Assembly (NCBI RefSeq): GCF_006345805.1
Contig: NW_021833620.1
Coordinates: 1 to 58,390 of the forward strand
Length of the DNA: 58,390 nt
Reading direction: 5' to 3'
From: Octopus sinensis
Lineage: Eukaryota
Part shown: in pieces, positions 24,470 to 37,115 of the stretch
Layout: each line of letters starts with the position of its first letter
Position numbering within the stretch: the first letter of the stretch is position 1
Program-made: the position numbers and the translations under genes
Notes under the pieces: generated by a model
Seen by the model: only the letters and a program-made list of their open reading frames with translations
Told to the model about the DNA's origin: nothing
Databases searched by the model: none

Positions 24470-26312
24470 GGCCCAACCTGTGAAACACACAGACTAAGTC
24501 TACTTATGGACACCTCTTTGAAACCCTTCCTTAACATATCGATAGCCATATCAGAGATGACTTAGATATGTTAACCACCTTCCAAAAAAAACCAAGGAAG
24601 AAGACAATCCTGGTTTCATTTGATGTAGTCAACTTGTATACCAGTATACCTCATAATTATGGACTGGAGGCATACAATTCTGGTTAGACCAATTCCGGAG
24701 AAATACCAAAAAGGATCAGTAAGGAATTCATTACTAAATCAATTGAATTCATCCTACACAATAACCACTTCATGTTTGACAATACATTTTAACGTCAAAA
24801 ATCCGGAATTGCTATGGGTACAAGGGCAGCACCAGTCATTGCGAACTTAACATGGATACATGGAAATAATCATTTACCAGGAATCTCTATCAATCTTTGG
24901 AAACTCCCTCTCTCATACATAAAAGAGAATTGGAAACGATTCCTAGACGATTGTTTCATTCTCTGGAATGAAAACATAGATAAACTCCTAAAATTAAAAA
25001 CCTATTGAACAGCATAACCCAAATATACAGTTCACAATGGAATACAACCAAAAGGAGCTCCCGTTCTTGGATATACTAATTAAAAAATAACCTTAAAATA
25101 GAAACAGACATTTTTTACAAAGCCACAGACGCCAAACAATACCTTCTTTTAATTCATGCCACCCAAGACACACTAAAACAAACATCCCCTTCAACCTTGC
25201 AAGAAGGATATGCACAATAGTGTCAGAACAAATACCAGGAACTTTAGACTGCAAGAACTCAAAACACCCTAATTGACACATTACCCAGCTCAACTCATAG
25301 AGGATGGGATCAGACGTGCAACAGAAATCAACATAGAAACTTTAAGAAAAGTTCAACACAACAACACACCTTCCCCGAAAAAATACCTTACATATCTACA
25401 TACAACCCCAGAAACAAAGAAGCCTTCACCATCATCACCCAGAATTTACCAATACTTCATAAAACCCAAAATTAAAGGAAATTCTAAACATACACCAAAT
25501 CATTAAAAGCTACAAACAGCCTAAATCACTTAAAAAGATTCTCACAAAGGCAAAATTGTCTTCTAAAATTACGGATGCAAAAGTTAAAAAATGTGGTAGA
25601 TCGAACTGTGCAACATGCCTAACCTATTGGAAGGATCAGAATTCTTCTTTAAAGAGGGACGAAATTTAAGATCAAATCTAACTTTACTTGTGCCTCTGAA
25701 AACATAATTTATGTTATAAATGCTCGGGCTGCCACCAAGACTACGTGGGTTCCACGGGACTATCACTCAGCGCAGATGCACACTGCATCGACAACAGATT
25801 GCATTCCCAGAATATAGAATGATACCTTTTAGTGAGCACATCGAGAATGCGCAAAGCAACTACTGCCACAATTTTTAATCTTCCCATTTTACCAATGTGC
25901 TTTCGGATCATCAACACAATGAGACTGAACAAGAAACATTCTTCATTGAAAAGTACAAACCCAGACTCAACATCCGAACATACTGACACAGAGAAATTAA
26001 CAAGGAAATGGGAAAAAAATTTTTTAAGCGATTATCTCCCCTACACCGAAAAAATCACTCACTACCTCCCCTTATTTAGAAATCTCCTGGAAATAAAACA
26101 ACGATATTCCATACAATATAAACATAACGTCACAAGAATTTGAAAGCTACACGCGAAACCGGTAATTTCTTTAAAAATTTTAAATTATGTCATTTTCGGA
26201 AAGGAAAAAAATTTTTCCAATATTCTCCAGACATTTTGACACAAATATATATATTTTTTTAACATTTAAGCCTTCCCGTGTCGTTTTTTCACACTTTACT
26301 ATTTTCTTATAT
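24470..26312 (+). mobile_element. Penelope-like retroelement, right arm of palindrome (inverted copy of the left arm)
   Basis: Begins at ggcccaacctgtgaaac, the reverse complement of 24426-24442; same RT/GIY-YIG motifs (MGTRAAPVIANL, WKRFLDDCFILW) with many 1-nt indels. Confidence 0.95.
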
Positions 26313-26329
26313 ATTCACCACGTGCTTTA

Positions 26330-26358
26330 CCAAACAAACTTTCTTATCTATTATATAT

Positions 26359-26391
<33 letters not shown>

Positions 26392-26442
26392 CATACATGC
26401 ATATATTACAGACAACAAACAACTCTATATGTGTATATGTAC

Positions 26443-26477
<35 letters not shown>

Positions 26478-26902
26478 ATATATATATATATAGATATCTG
26501 AATATGAATATGTATATATAGTAGAGAGAGAGAACAAAGGTAGATATATCGATCGATAGACATCAATGCGCGCACACATACGCACACGCAGTCGAGCTAA
26601 CACACACAAAGATATATATTATATATACACATGTAAACATATATACACATGTAAATATATCAATATATAGAAATAAATATGCATATTTATACATATAGAA
26701 ATATATTTACATATGTGTGTATATCTCCATGTTTTTATACACCCATACATATATACATACACTCACAAACATATAATATATATATATGTAAATTTATTTT
26801 TATTTATTAATATATATCTATATCTATTATATTCTACATTCGTATACATTTCTGTATATATTTCCGTGTGTTCGTGTGAATACGTATATGCCACCATATA
26901 TT

Positions 26903-26952
<50 letters not shown>

Positions 26953-26966
26953 TCATTATTTATATA

Positions 26967-27016
<50 letters not shown>

Positions 27017-27096
27017 TTATTATTATTATTATTATTATTATTATCATATTTTATTATTATTTTTATTATTATTATCATCATCATCATTATTATTAC

Positions 27097-27145
<49 letters not shown>

Positions 27146-27173
27146 GTTATCATTATTCTTATTATCATTATTC

Positions 27174-27233
<60 letters not shown>

Positions 27234-27320
27234 CTGTACGTATATCACCACATATACGTACACATATACAAAAGCATAATATATATATTATAGATATATA
27301 TATATATATATACACAACAC
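26330..27320. repeat. TA-rich field including a long (TAT)n array (~26900-27230)
   Basis: Direct reading. Confidence 0.95.
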
Positions 27321-27903
27321 ACGTAGATAGCTAATAAATATTTTGGCTTTCCATGCGTTTGTCCTATTGAATTAAAGTAACATTATATCATCCTTATGTA
27401 TTACATATGTATGTGAGTCATCTCCGACTATTACAAAACATAGAGATAATGGACAAATTCCATTACGTGGTGTTATTTTTCTTTACAAGTCTACGTTAGT
27501 TACTGATCGATTACCTATAGGTTACTTGGCTGACCTATATCCTCTAATTCCGGGATTTCTCCGGTTCTACGGATTTTCTTTCTGACATCGTCCGTTATTT
27601 ATGACAGCAGAATGGATCTGTTATCGCGATGACGCAACACACTCGCTCGTTTTTCATTCAGTTCGTTGCTTCGTTTACATTCTGCTGCATTAAACGTACA
27701 CTCACATACACGGTTTTATACGCACACGCTCACGTATATATATATACACTCACATGTATGCACATATCCTGCACGGAAACGCACACGCATACACACGCAC
27801 TCTCTCTGTTTTTTTCCCAGCCTCATTCTTTCTCTCTCTCTCTCTCTTACTTTCTCTTTCTCACTTCCACATGCTCTTTTCTTTATTCTCCTACATGCTC
27901 CAG

Positions 27904-28198
27904 TCATTAGATCGCGACCATGCTGGAGTACTGCCTTGAAGAAATTTAGTCAAGCGAATCGAAGGCAGTACTTATACATTAGGCTTATAACTCATTCTAT
28001 TGGTACCTGTTGTGGAACCGCTTGGTTACGGGAACATAACAACGGTTGTCAAGCAGCGGTGGGGACATCACACACACCCATACACACACGACAGACTTCT
28101 TTCAGTTTCTTTCTATCTCATTCCTTCACAAGACTTCGGTCAGAGCGCGGCTGTAGTAGAAGACACTTGTCCAATCAGCCATGCAGTGAGAGCTGAAA
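27904..28198 (-). mobile_element. SINE type A, diverged
   Basis: gaccatgctggagtactgcc...gaagacacttgtcc. Confidence 0.75.
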
Positions 28199-28335
28199 AT
28201 ATTATACACAATGAATTTGGCATGACAAAGGTACCTGGCAGGTGGGTTCCATCCACGTCTGCTGCCACCTGTTCAATACATACATACATACATGCATACA
28301 TACATAAATACATACATACATACGTATGCATATAC

Positions 28336-28372
<37 letters not shown>

Positions 28373-28431
28373 TATATATATGTACATATATAGATATATA
28401 TAATGTATACATGCACACACACATGCATATA

Positions 28432-28485
<54 letters not shown>

Positions 28486-28628
28486 TATATATATGTACAT
28501 ATATAGATATATTATATGTATACATGCCACACACATGCATATATATATATCTTATATATATATTTAATATATATATATATATATCATATATATATATGTA
28601 TGTATATATATATATATGTATGTATATC

Positions 28629-28659
<31 letters not shown>

Positions 28660-28768
28660 TATATATATTATATATTATATATTATATATTATGTATGTAT
28701 ATATATATATATTATATATATCTATATATATAATATATATATATATTATATATATATATATATATACA

Positions 28769-28821
<53 letters not shown>

Positions 28822-28844
28822 TATAAAGTGATAATCCTTTGCCC

Positions 28845-28995
28845 TATGGGCACAAGACCTGCAATTTTGGGGAAAGCTACTAATCGATTACATCGACCCC
28901 AGTCGACTTTGGCGGAATTTGAACTCAGAGCGTAATGACGGACGAAATGCCACTAAGCACTTCATCCGGCGTACTAACAGTTCTGCTAGCTCGCT
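28845..28995 (-). mobile_element. SINE type B, internally deleted
   Basis: gggcacaagacctgcaattttggg...gtcgactttggcggaatttgaactcag...ctgctagctcgc. Confidence 0.75.
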
Positions 28996-29851
28996 TCCAC
29001 ATGGATAACATTTAGTGGTGTTAAGTTGATCGCGGAACTAAATCTGGGAGCCAGGTTCGATCCTTCGTTTAGTTCGTTCGTTTACTTTATGACACCAATT
29101 TACATACACTCCTCATTCTACTGAAACCTATCGTTCACAAGTTGCTGAATACTTTTGAATCCGAGTGTAGACTGAATACTTACATCGTTCGTTGTCCTTT
29201 TTTATCTGCCTATTTTATTCATTTTTTCTTTTGTTATCTCACCTAAAAATTCATTGCTGTATATTCAACATAGCAGCGAAATCCTGCCAGGGTGTATTAG
29301 TCTTTCATCCTTCCAATGTCGATAAAATAAGCACCAGCCAGATACAGGTGACAATTTAATCAACTTCCGACAAAGGCGTCATCTGAAGCAATTTTACAGC
29401 ATGCCTTTTTCATTGCCAAACTTTCACAACGTCATTCAACAAATATGGCGTCTTTTCAGGATTTTTTTTTTCTTTTTGCGTAGTCACATAATTTTTCCGT
29501 AACTTAGACCCAAACTCTAGCATCAGTTTTTCTTCTCTTTTACTTTCTTATGTTATTGTGGCGTCTATAAACATCATGTCTTTTATTGTGCTAGAAACTA
29601 TTTTCACAAACAATGCACTGAAAGTTGTATTAACAACAAGAACTAATTTCCCCAACATTTATTAAATTCACGCTTAGAATCACTTTCTGCTTTACTTTTC
29701 TTCATTTTCTATTGCACTGTCAAAGGTAAAGAAAGAGACTTAATTTCCGAGAACCAAACAAACCTGCAAATGTTTACAAAGGCTGAACAAAACACAAATC
29801 TATACCGTAAGGAGTGTCAACTGTTTACTGACTAGCAGGTATATGCGATAG

Positions 29852-30234
29852 GCGAAGGCGCAATGGCCCAGTGGTTAGGGCAGCAGACTCGCGGTCGTAG
29901 GATCGCGGTTTCGATTCCCAAACCGGACGTTGTGAGTGTTTATTGAGCGAAAACACCTAAAAGCTCCACGAGGCTCCGGCAGGGGATGGTGGTGATCCCT
30001 GCTGTACTCTTTCACCACAACTTTCTCTCACTCTTATTTCCTGTTTCTGTTGTACCTGTATTCAAAGGGCGCGGCCTTGTCACTCTCTGTGTCACGCTGA
30101 ATATCCCCGAGAACTACGTTAAGGTACACGTGTCTGTGGAGTGCTCAGCCACTTACACGTTAATTTCACGAGTAGGCTGTTCCGTTGATCGGATCAACCG
30201 GAACCCTCATCGTCGTAACCGACGGAGTGCTTCC
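29852..30234 (+). mobile_element. tRNA-derived SINE type C, full length, 11 bp TSD ATATGCGATAG
   Basis: A box TGGCCCAGTGG, TCG anticodon-like loop, B box GGTTTCGATTCC; ATATGCGATAG at 29841-29851 and 30235-30245. Confidence 0.9.
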
Positions 30235-30380
30235 ATATGCGATAGACAAGCGCTGATTTCGATTTCATGATTAACTTAGTATTAAGCATGAACGATTTAT
30301 ATAACAGGCTTGTGCTGAGCCATTTATATTCATCCAAGAAAATAGCAGTCCAGTTGCCCTCAAATTGGACCATAATAGTC

Positions 30381-30720
30381 TGTGACCCCCTTTGGTCACG
30401 ACACAGACCATGGGATTGCACCTAGAAAGTTACCCTCCCTGGTACAAGTCCAGGCAAGGTGGTATATGGAAGACCAGCACTCGCCCATACATACTGGCCT
30501 CCTTTCTCCACGCCACCGATGTCCTCCAAGGGAAAAGCAAAGGGACCGATACAGTTTGGCACCTGTGACGTCGCAACTCATTTCTACAGCTAAGTGAACT
30601 GGAGCAACGTGAAATAAAGTGTCTTGCTCAAGAACACAACACGCAGCCCGGTCCGGGATTCGAGCTCACAATCTCACGATCGTAAGCTCGATGCTCAAAC
30701 CGCTGAGCCATGCGCCTTCA
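30381..30720 (-). mobile_element. SINE type D, full length with a LINE-like 3' tail
   Basis: Head ggcgcatggctcagcgg at 30718, D body gtgttcttgagcaagacactttatttcacgttgctccag, distinct tail ggagggtaactttctaggtgcaatcccatgg. Confidence 0.8.
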
Positions 30721-30756
30721 CGGATCATACTAACTATATCGTAAAAAAAGAATATA

Positions 30757-30931
30757 CAGTTCTATATTTAAGAGGTGAGGAATTATGTACATTATTTACA
30801 TTATTTACATTTGACGAACCCAGGTTCGAAATTTCCCCAAGACGCTGATGAAGCCTGGAGGGTATATCAGCCGAAAGGTTGCGTTAAGAACAAACAAGAT
30901 GAGGACAAAATCCCTCAAATGTAAATAATGT
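30757..30931 (+). mobile_element. Short fold-back element containing a hammerhead-like motif (30842-30884)
   Basis: Arms acattatttacatttga (30798-30814) / tcaaatgtaaataatgt (30915-30931); CTGATGA-A-GCCTG(gagggtatat)CAGCC-GAAAGGTT with point mutations; same family as 56064-56469. Confidence 0.75.
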
Positions 30932-31242
30932 TAAAAAGAATATGTTTAAATAATACAGTCGTATATTTATTCCAGCTGTACACGTTTTTTCTAGCGCGAT
31001 ACGTTTTGAATTTAAATATACCCGAGGTCAAATTGAACTTCCTGCCTTTCGGAATTCAGAAGATAAAATACAAATTAAGCCTTGGGGTTGATTTAATTAA
31101 CTGCTGAATTGTTTCAACATGCATAGGCTAGTATTGGTTTCTTAGGGTAACCCCAATTTTCCGTGAGGCTCCGATGTGAAGTGAAATGATATTAACTGAA
31201 CCAGAAGACAAAACTTAAAAATGTATTAACACTCATACGTCT

Positions 31243-31616
31243 TGGCACTCCGTCGCTTACGACGACGAGGGTTCCAGTTGATCCTATCAACGGAACAGCT
31301 TGCTCGTGCAATTAACGTGCAAGCGGCTGAGCACTCCACAGACACGTGTACCCTTAACGTAATTCTTGAGGAAATTCAGCGCGACACAGAGTGTGACAAG
31401 GTTGGCCCTTTGAATTACAGGTACAACAGAAACAGGAAGTAAGAGAAAGTTGTGGTGAATGAGTACAGCAGGGATCACCACCATCCCTGCCAGAGCCTCG
31501 TGTAGCTTTAGATATTTTCGCTCAATAATCACTCAAAATGCCTGGTCTGGGGGATCGAAACCGCGAACCTACGACCGCGAGTCCGCAGCCCTAACAAGTG
31601 GGCCATTGCGCCTCCA
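31243..31616 (-). mobile_element. SINE type C, full length, inverted relative to 29852-30234
   Basis: ggccattgcgcc head at 31601-31612; gcactccgtcgcttacgacgacgagggttcc tail. Confidence 0.9.
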
Positions 31617-31843
31617 CACGCACACACAAACACAGACACACAGACATAGACACGAACACACACACACACACACACACAAATATATATATAAGGATGGTTC
31701 GAAACGAAAGTCGTGCTGAATAAAGATTCCTACTAAATCCATTTCTGTTTATGTCATCAATTATATATAAGTACATGTATATATATATACATGCATATGT
31801 ATATACATACGTACATACATATATAATATAGATTAATATATAT

Positions 31844-31874
<31 letters not shown>

Positions 31875-32494
31875 GTATGTGGTGTGGTGTGTGTACTTGT
31901 ATATATATATTTATATATGCACACTCACCCAGAACCACACTAAAGGTTTGGAGTGAAATTTAGGATTTCTCGGTTTTCTGTGAATCGATTTTGATAACAC
32001 TTTTCCCAGCTGGTTTTCACACTATAGCAACACCATTGTTATGTATTCATTATCCTGTATAACTTCCTATCTATTTTATTTCAGATTCTTCAGTTTTGGG
32101 GTGAACCGCGCTAATAGCTTTTGAATGAAAATCGCCCATCTCGACATTTTATTTTCAGAAAATGAAGGGTGATGATACCTATTAAGTATACATTGAGTAT
32201 ATATTTAACAGAAAACCATAATAGTATTATAACATTTATTGACATAATGAATTATTAAACAAGATGTTTATGCCGGTGGACGCCAATTTACGTCGAAAGA
32301 TGTCTAAAGGGCGTCCATCAAAGCTGCAGCAGAGGCAATCCAATTTGCTACTATTAAGAAATTGACAGATTCCATGACTAATAGGGTTTTTCAAGTTATC
32401 CGTTGAAATGGCTCTTTTATTAGTGTGGTTCTTGGTTCTGGGTGTATGTGTGTGTGTATTTGTGTGTATGTGTGTGTATGTGTGTGTGTGTTTT

Positions 32495-32660
32495 CCATCC
32501 CACCACTTGACAACTGGCGCAGGTTTGTTTACATCCCCTTGGAATTTTAGTGAAAGACACTGATAGAATAAGTACCAGACCGAAAATGAGTACTGGGATC
32601 GATCTGTCCGACTAAAAGCCTTCAAGGCGATGCCCCAGTATGGTCTCATTCCAGTTCACT
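32495..32660 (+). mobile_element. SINE type A 3' half, diverged
   Basis: gatagaataagtacc...ctgggatcgatctgtccgactaa..aaggcgatgccccagtatgg. Confidence 0.65.
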
Positions 32661-33129
32661 GAGAGAAACGATTGAATGATAAATGGTTTGAGCAAAACAT
32701 ACGTTCCACTTAGATATCATCGAAGCTGTTACGATCACGTGAAACACGTCTAATATTTCCTCTGCAAATCAAGCCACAAAAATTTCTCAAATGACTCAGA
32801 GAAGAATTATTACATCGTATCCATCTTTCAGTTAATCCGCTTGGCTGGTAGGCGGGAATTTTATCTGATAGCTCGTGGGCTTGGAGTTTGTTTATTGTGA
32901 ATTTTCGCTGAGACAGCAGTATTACATTTTAATACAAAGTAATATCTAAAATCCTTAATGAAAATGTTCGAATTCAAAACGATAATGAAATAAACGCGAC
33001 TGAAGTAGACGAAGCGACGGATTGAAAGAGAAAAATATGAATGGAGGGAGAGAAACAAAAATTTATTTACAGCAGATAACACATTAAGGTGTAGAACATA
33101 AGTACAACACGTGTTTTATACATACATGT

Positions 33130-33326
33130 AACGGCACACATTCTCTTCTCGGATTATTCTTTTCCCTCTCTCTGGACTTTTTCGCCTTTCCCTTTCCTGA
33201 CGAAGAGCTTATGCTCGAAACGTCACTTCTTTCTGTCTTAAACGTTTTCTGAACGTCAGTCTAATATATTCACTGTACGTCCTTTGACTTTTGTGTTTTC
33301 CTGTTTTTGTTTTATGTTTTGATTAG

Positions 33327-33388
<62 letters not shown>

Positions 33389-33390
33389 CG
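33130..33390 (+). mobile_element. Penelope-type 3' end with a minimal hammerhead motif (33196-33224) and (TA)n tail
   Basis: cCTGACGA-A-GAGC(ttat)GCTC-GAAACGTC: intact core, palindromic ACGT stem III, GUC triplet; stem I mismatched. Confidence 0.75.
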
Positions 33391-33651
33391 TGGGGGTGTA
33401 TGTGTGCTTGATTGTGTTTATACACACAAATATAAGCTGATTTTTGCTATGTGCAATTCTGATTCACCTACGTCGGATATAGACATGATACTAGTTACAC
33501 GTTAGCACTTTGATAGATTTCGATAATAGACTGAGGACAAGATTTTTATTGGGTTGACTCAATGCAAGTCACTGAACTTGTCGGAATATATACCATTTTC
33601 CAGAGGGAGCTCTGGTTTCATAAGCTGGAGAAGTCGTTTTATATAGACATC

Positions 33652-33985
33652 GACCCGAGGACTTATTCTTCGTAAGCCTAGTATTTATTCTATCGGTCTC
33701 TATTGCCGAACCGCTAGGTTACGGGGACGTAAACACACCAGCATCGGTTGTCAAGCGATGTTGGGGGACAAACACAGACACACAAACACGCACACACATA
33801 TATGCATATATATACATATATACGACGGGCTTCTTTTCAGTTTCCGTCTACCAAATTCACTCACAAGGCTCTGGTCGCCCCGAGGCTATAGTAGAAGGCA
33901 CTTGCCCAAGGTGCAATGCAGTGGGACTGAACCCGGAACCATATGGTTGGTAAGCGAGCTACTTACCACACAGCCACTCCTGCAC
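33652..33985 (-). mobile_element. SINE type A
   Basis: Type A body and head motifs. Confidence 0.85.
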
Positions 33986-34269
33986 CTATTAATAATTGTG
34001 CTTGTTCTTTTTTTTTGCAAAGAATAAAAATGAATAACGATAATCAAATGATGTTTCTTCTACGATATGTATTATGGTGGACCGCAATCATACAATACAC
34101 GCAAGCACGCACATACACACACGCGTACTTACACGCACACACACACACGGACACACAGACACGCCCACATACTCTGCCACAATTAAAGTAGAATAATCTG
34201 CAGTTATCTGTCTGAAAGACTTTAATTTGTGGAAATTACGGACGATACAATATCTTCGTATTGTTCTTT

Positions 34270-34345
34270 AATGTAAACAGAAACATAACAGAGAACCCTG
34301 TTATGGATCTGTTTCGAGAATGATTGTCCCTCGTCAGACAATCAT
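34270..34345 (-). ncRNA. Candidate type I hammerhead with a long stem III
   Basis: Minus strand gattgt-CTGACGA-GGGA(caatcat)TCTC-GAA-ACAGA-tc-CATAACAG(ggttct)CTGTTATG-tt-TCTGT-T-(t)acat; one extra base at the cleavage site, and a competing 10 bp hairpin exists. Confidence 0.5.
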
Positions 34346-35136
34346 TGGTTATATATACATAATCTCACACTGCCTGGGACACGTCTGTGTGAGTGTACGG
34401 GAGAAGGGAGTACCATGGATGGTGAAGTGTTTGGCATGGTAAAAATTACCGTCGATGGTGTTGTGTTTGGAGTGGCAAAAGGCCAGCTGATCAATTAATT
34501 ATTGTATTAACTAAGAAAATCCTTGTTAATTAAAAGGCGAAGCAACAGCTACACATGTTTAATATCTGTCCAGCCCCGACCCAGAAACAAAACAAAAAAT
34601 AAATAAATAAATAAAATTTAAAAAAACAGACGAACAATGAAAAACTCAGGAGCAAGAGGGTTAGCTTAAAACTTTATCAGTTTTACCAAATTTGGGGGAA
34701 AATGAAGACTGCGACAGTTTATATCGATATTTCATTGAAATTTATCTGGTGAAAGCAACGGACACCTTTTAACCTTCTCCAATCTAATCAATTAGTTGAT
34801 CAGGCTTAAAAAATATATACTATGTGTAATGTATATATTTATGTATATATATGTGTATGTGTGTAGGCATGTGTGGGTGGGTGTATATCATTATTCAATT
34901 TATTTCAAGACTTCTTGCTAATAGAGAAAGAACCGGTTTCTAACATTGATTCAAGGCTCCTTCATTGGGATTTCAACATCAACAACAGAGTATTTTTGTT
35001 TATTTGTATGCCTGTATGTATGTATGTATATATGCATGTATGTATGTATGTATATATGCATGTATGTATGTATGTATATATGCATGTATGTATGTATGTA
35101 TATATGCATGTATGTATGTATGGTTTATCATGTATG

Positions 35137-35277
35137 GAGCATCGCGCTGAAGAACTTCTATTTCAATGGATCGACCCCTCAGTACAATTCAATTTTCTTT
35201 CTTTGAAAGCCTGGTGCTTATACTATTGGTGACATTTGCCGAACTGCTAAGTTAAGAAGACGTAAACACACCAGCAG
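35137..35277 (-). mobile_element. SINE type A fragment
   Basis: gccgaactgctaagttaagaagacgtaaacacaccagca. Confidence 0.6.
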
Positions 35278-35534
35278 AAACACCATTCTAAAAACTATTA
35301 GCAAAAAATCTGATATTCCACAGCAAGGATGATTTAATTGAAATTCTTCAATTGTCTGTATTACGCATAGGAGAGAGGATGGAGATGAAAGAGGTCAGGA
35401 GAGGGAGAGGGAGAGAGAGAAGGAGGGAGGAAGATCTAGATTGCGGTCAGCCGGAGAATCATGACTTGCAGGCAGACAGACACGCAGACGAAATTAAAAT
35501 GAAAGAAAATGAAATGAGGTTTGAAACAGAAAAG

Positions 35535-35700
35535 TTAATTTTGGGGGAGGGGGTCGACCCCAGTACGCAACTGGTACTTAATTTATCGACCCCGAAATAA
35601 TGAAAAGCAAAGTCGACCTCGGCGGAATTTAAACTCAGAGCATAAAGATAGACGAACTACCGCTAAGCGTGTCACGCGGTGTGCTAGCCTTTCTTATTTC
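35535..35700 (-). mobile_element. SINE type B
   Basis: gtcgaccccagtacgcaactggtacttaatttatcgaccccgaaa. Confidence 0.8.
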
Positions 35701-35765
35701 TATGTCTCAATTCTTTAATTCTGATTTTGACTATCTACCTGTCTATCTATCTATCTATCTGTCTG

Positions 35766-35800
<35 letters not shown>

Positions 35801-35890
35801 CTATCTATCATCTATCTATCTATCTATCTATCTATCTGTCTGTCTATGCCTGTCTGTCTATCTATCTTGCTAGTTAGCCGTGTGTCTGTC

Positions 35891-35988
35891 TATTCTTACA
35901 CGTAATGCGCTCTTTAGAATTTGAAAAAAGGAAACCGTATCATAGAGATATAGATAGATCTATGTCTGTTTGTCTATCTGTCAGTCTG

Positions 35989-36026
<38 letters not shown>

Positions 36027-36027
36027 C

Positions 36028-36111
<84 letters not shown>

Positions 36112-36124
36112 GTCAGTCTGTCTG

Positions 36125-36191
<67 letters not shown>

Positions 36192-36212
36192 GTCTGTCTG
36201 TCTGTCTGTCTA

Positions 36213-36263
<51 letters not shown>

Positions 36264-36347
36264 GTCTGTGTGTCGGTCTATCTACATATCTCTATCATAC
36301 GGTTTCCTTTTTTTCAAATTCTAAAGAGAGCATTACGTGTAAGAATA
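35891..36347. repeat. ~68 bp inverted arms enclosing ~320 bp of (TATC)n/(TGTC)n
   Basis: tattcttacacgtaatgcgctctttagaatttgaaaaaaggaaaccgtatcatagagata (35891-35950) reverse-complements to ~36287-36347 with 2-3 mismatches. Confidence 0.85.
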
Positions 36348-36349
36348 CA

Positions 36350-36770
36350 TGAACATACACACACACATACACACACACACAAACGCAAACACATACACAC
36401 ACATACACATATACATACACACACATACACACACACAAACGCAAACACACACAAACACACACACGCACATTCTCACCCAAACATACACAAACACACACAC
36501 ACGCACACATACACACACATACACATATACATACACACACATACACATACACAAACGCAAACACACACAAACACACACACGCACATTCTCACCCAAACAT
36601 ACACAAACACACACACACGCACACATACACACACATACACATATACATACACACACATACACATACACAAACGCAAACACACACAAACACACACACACAC
36701 ATTCTCACCCAAACATACACACACACACATACACGCACACATATCTATATACATCTGCATATGAATACAC
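36350..36770. repeat. CA-derived higher-order tandem repeat, ~118 bp unit, about 3 copies
   Basis: Marker cattctcacccaaacatacac recurs near 36467, 36585 and 36700. Confidence 0.85.
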
Positions 36771-37014
36771 ACACGCATCCATTTTGCTTAGCCTGTACTT
36801 CTTCTCTGTGTAATTAGATCGACGATCAATTAGTATCGATGAAAGGCGACGATCGTGACAGGAAAATTTTGTAAAACTAAAATTTAAAGAAAAAAATAGT
36901 AAATATAATTAGATAAGAAAAAAAAATGTATCAAAGAAAAAATATACAAAAAAATAATAAAGCTGGGATGGAAAGTAAATTTCGCTCTTTGGAAACAATC
37001 ATCTTCTTTGAATT

Positions 37015-37050
37015 TCTTCCTTTCTTTCTCTCTTTCTTTCTTTCATTTTT

Positions 37051-37115
<65 letters not shown>

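Noticed and set aside
29857-29930. tRNA-Arg(TCG)-like sequence as a tRNA gene
   Set aside because: It is the head of a TSD-flanked SINE present in several copies, and there is no convincing 3' acceptor-stem partner
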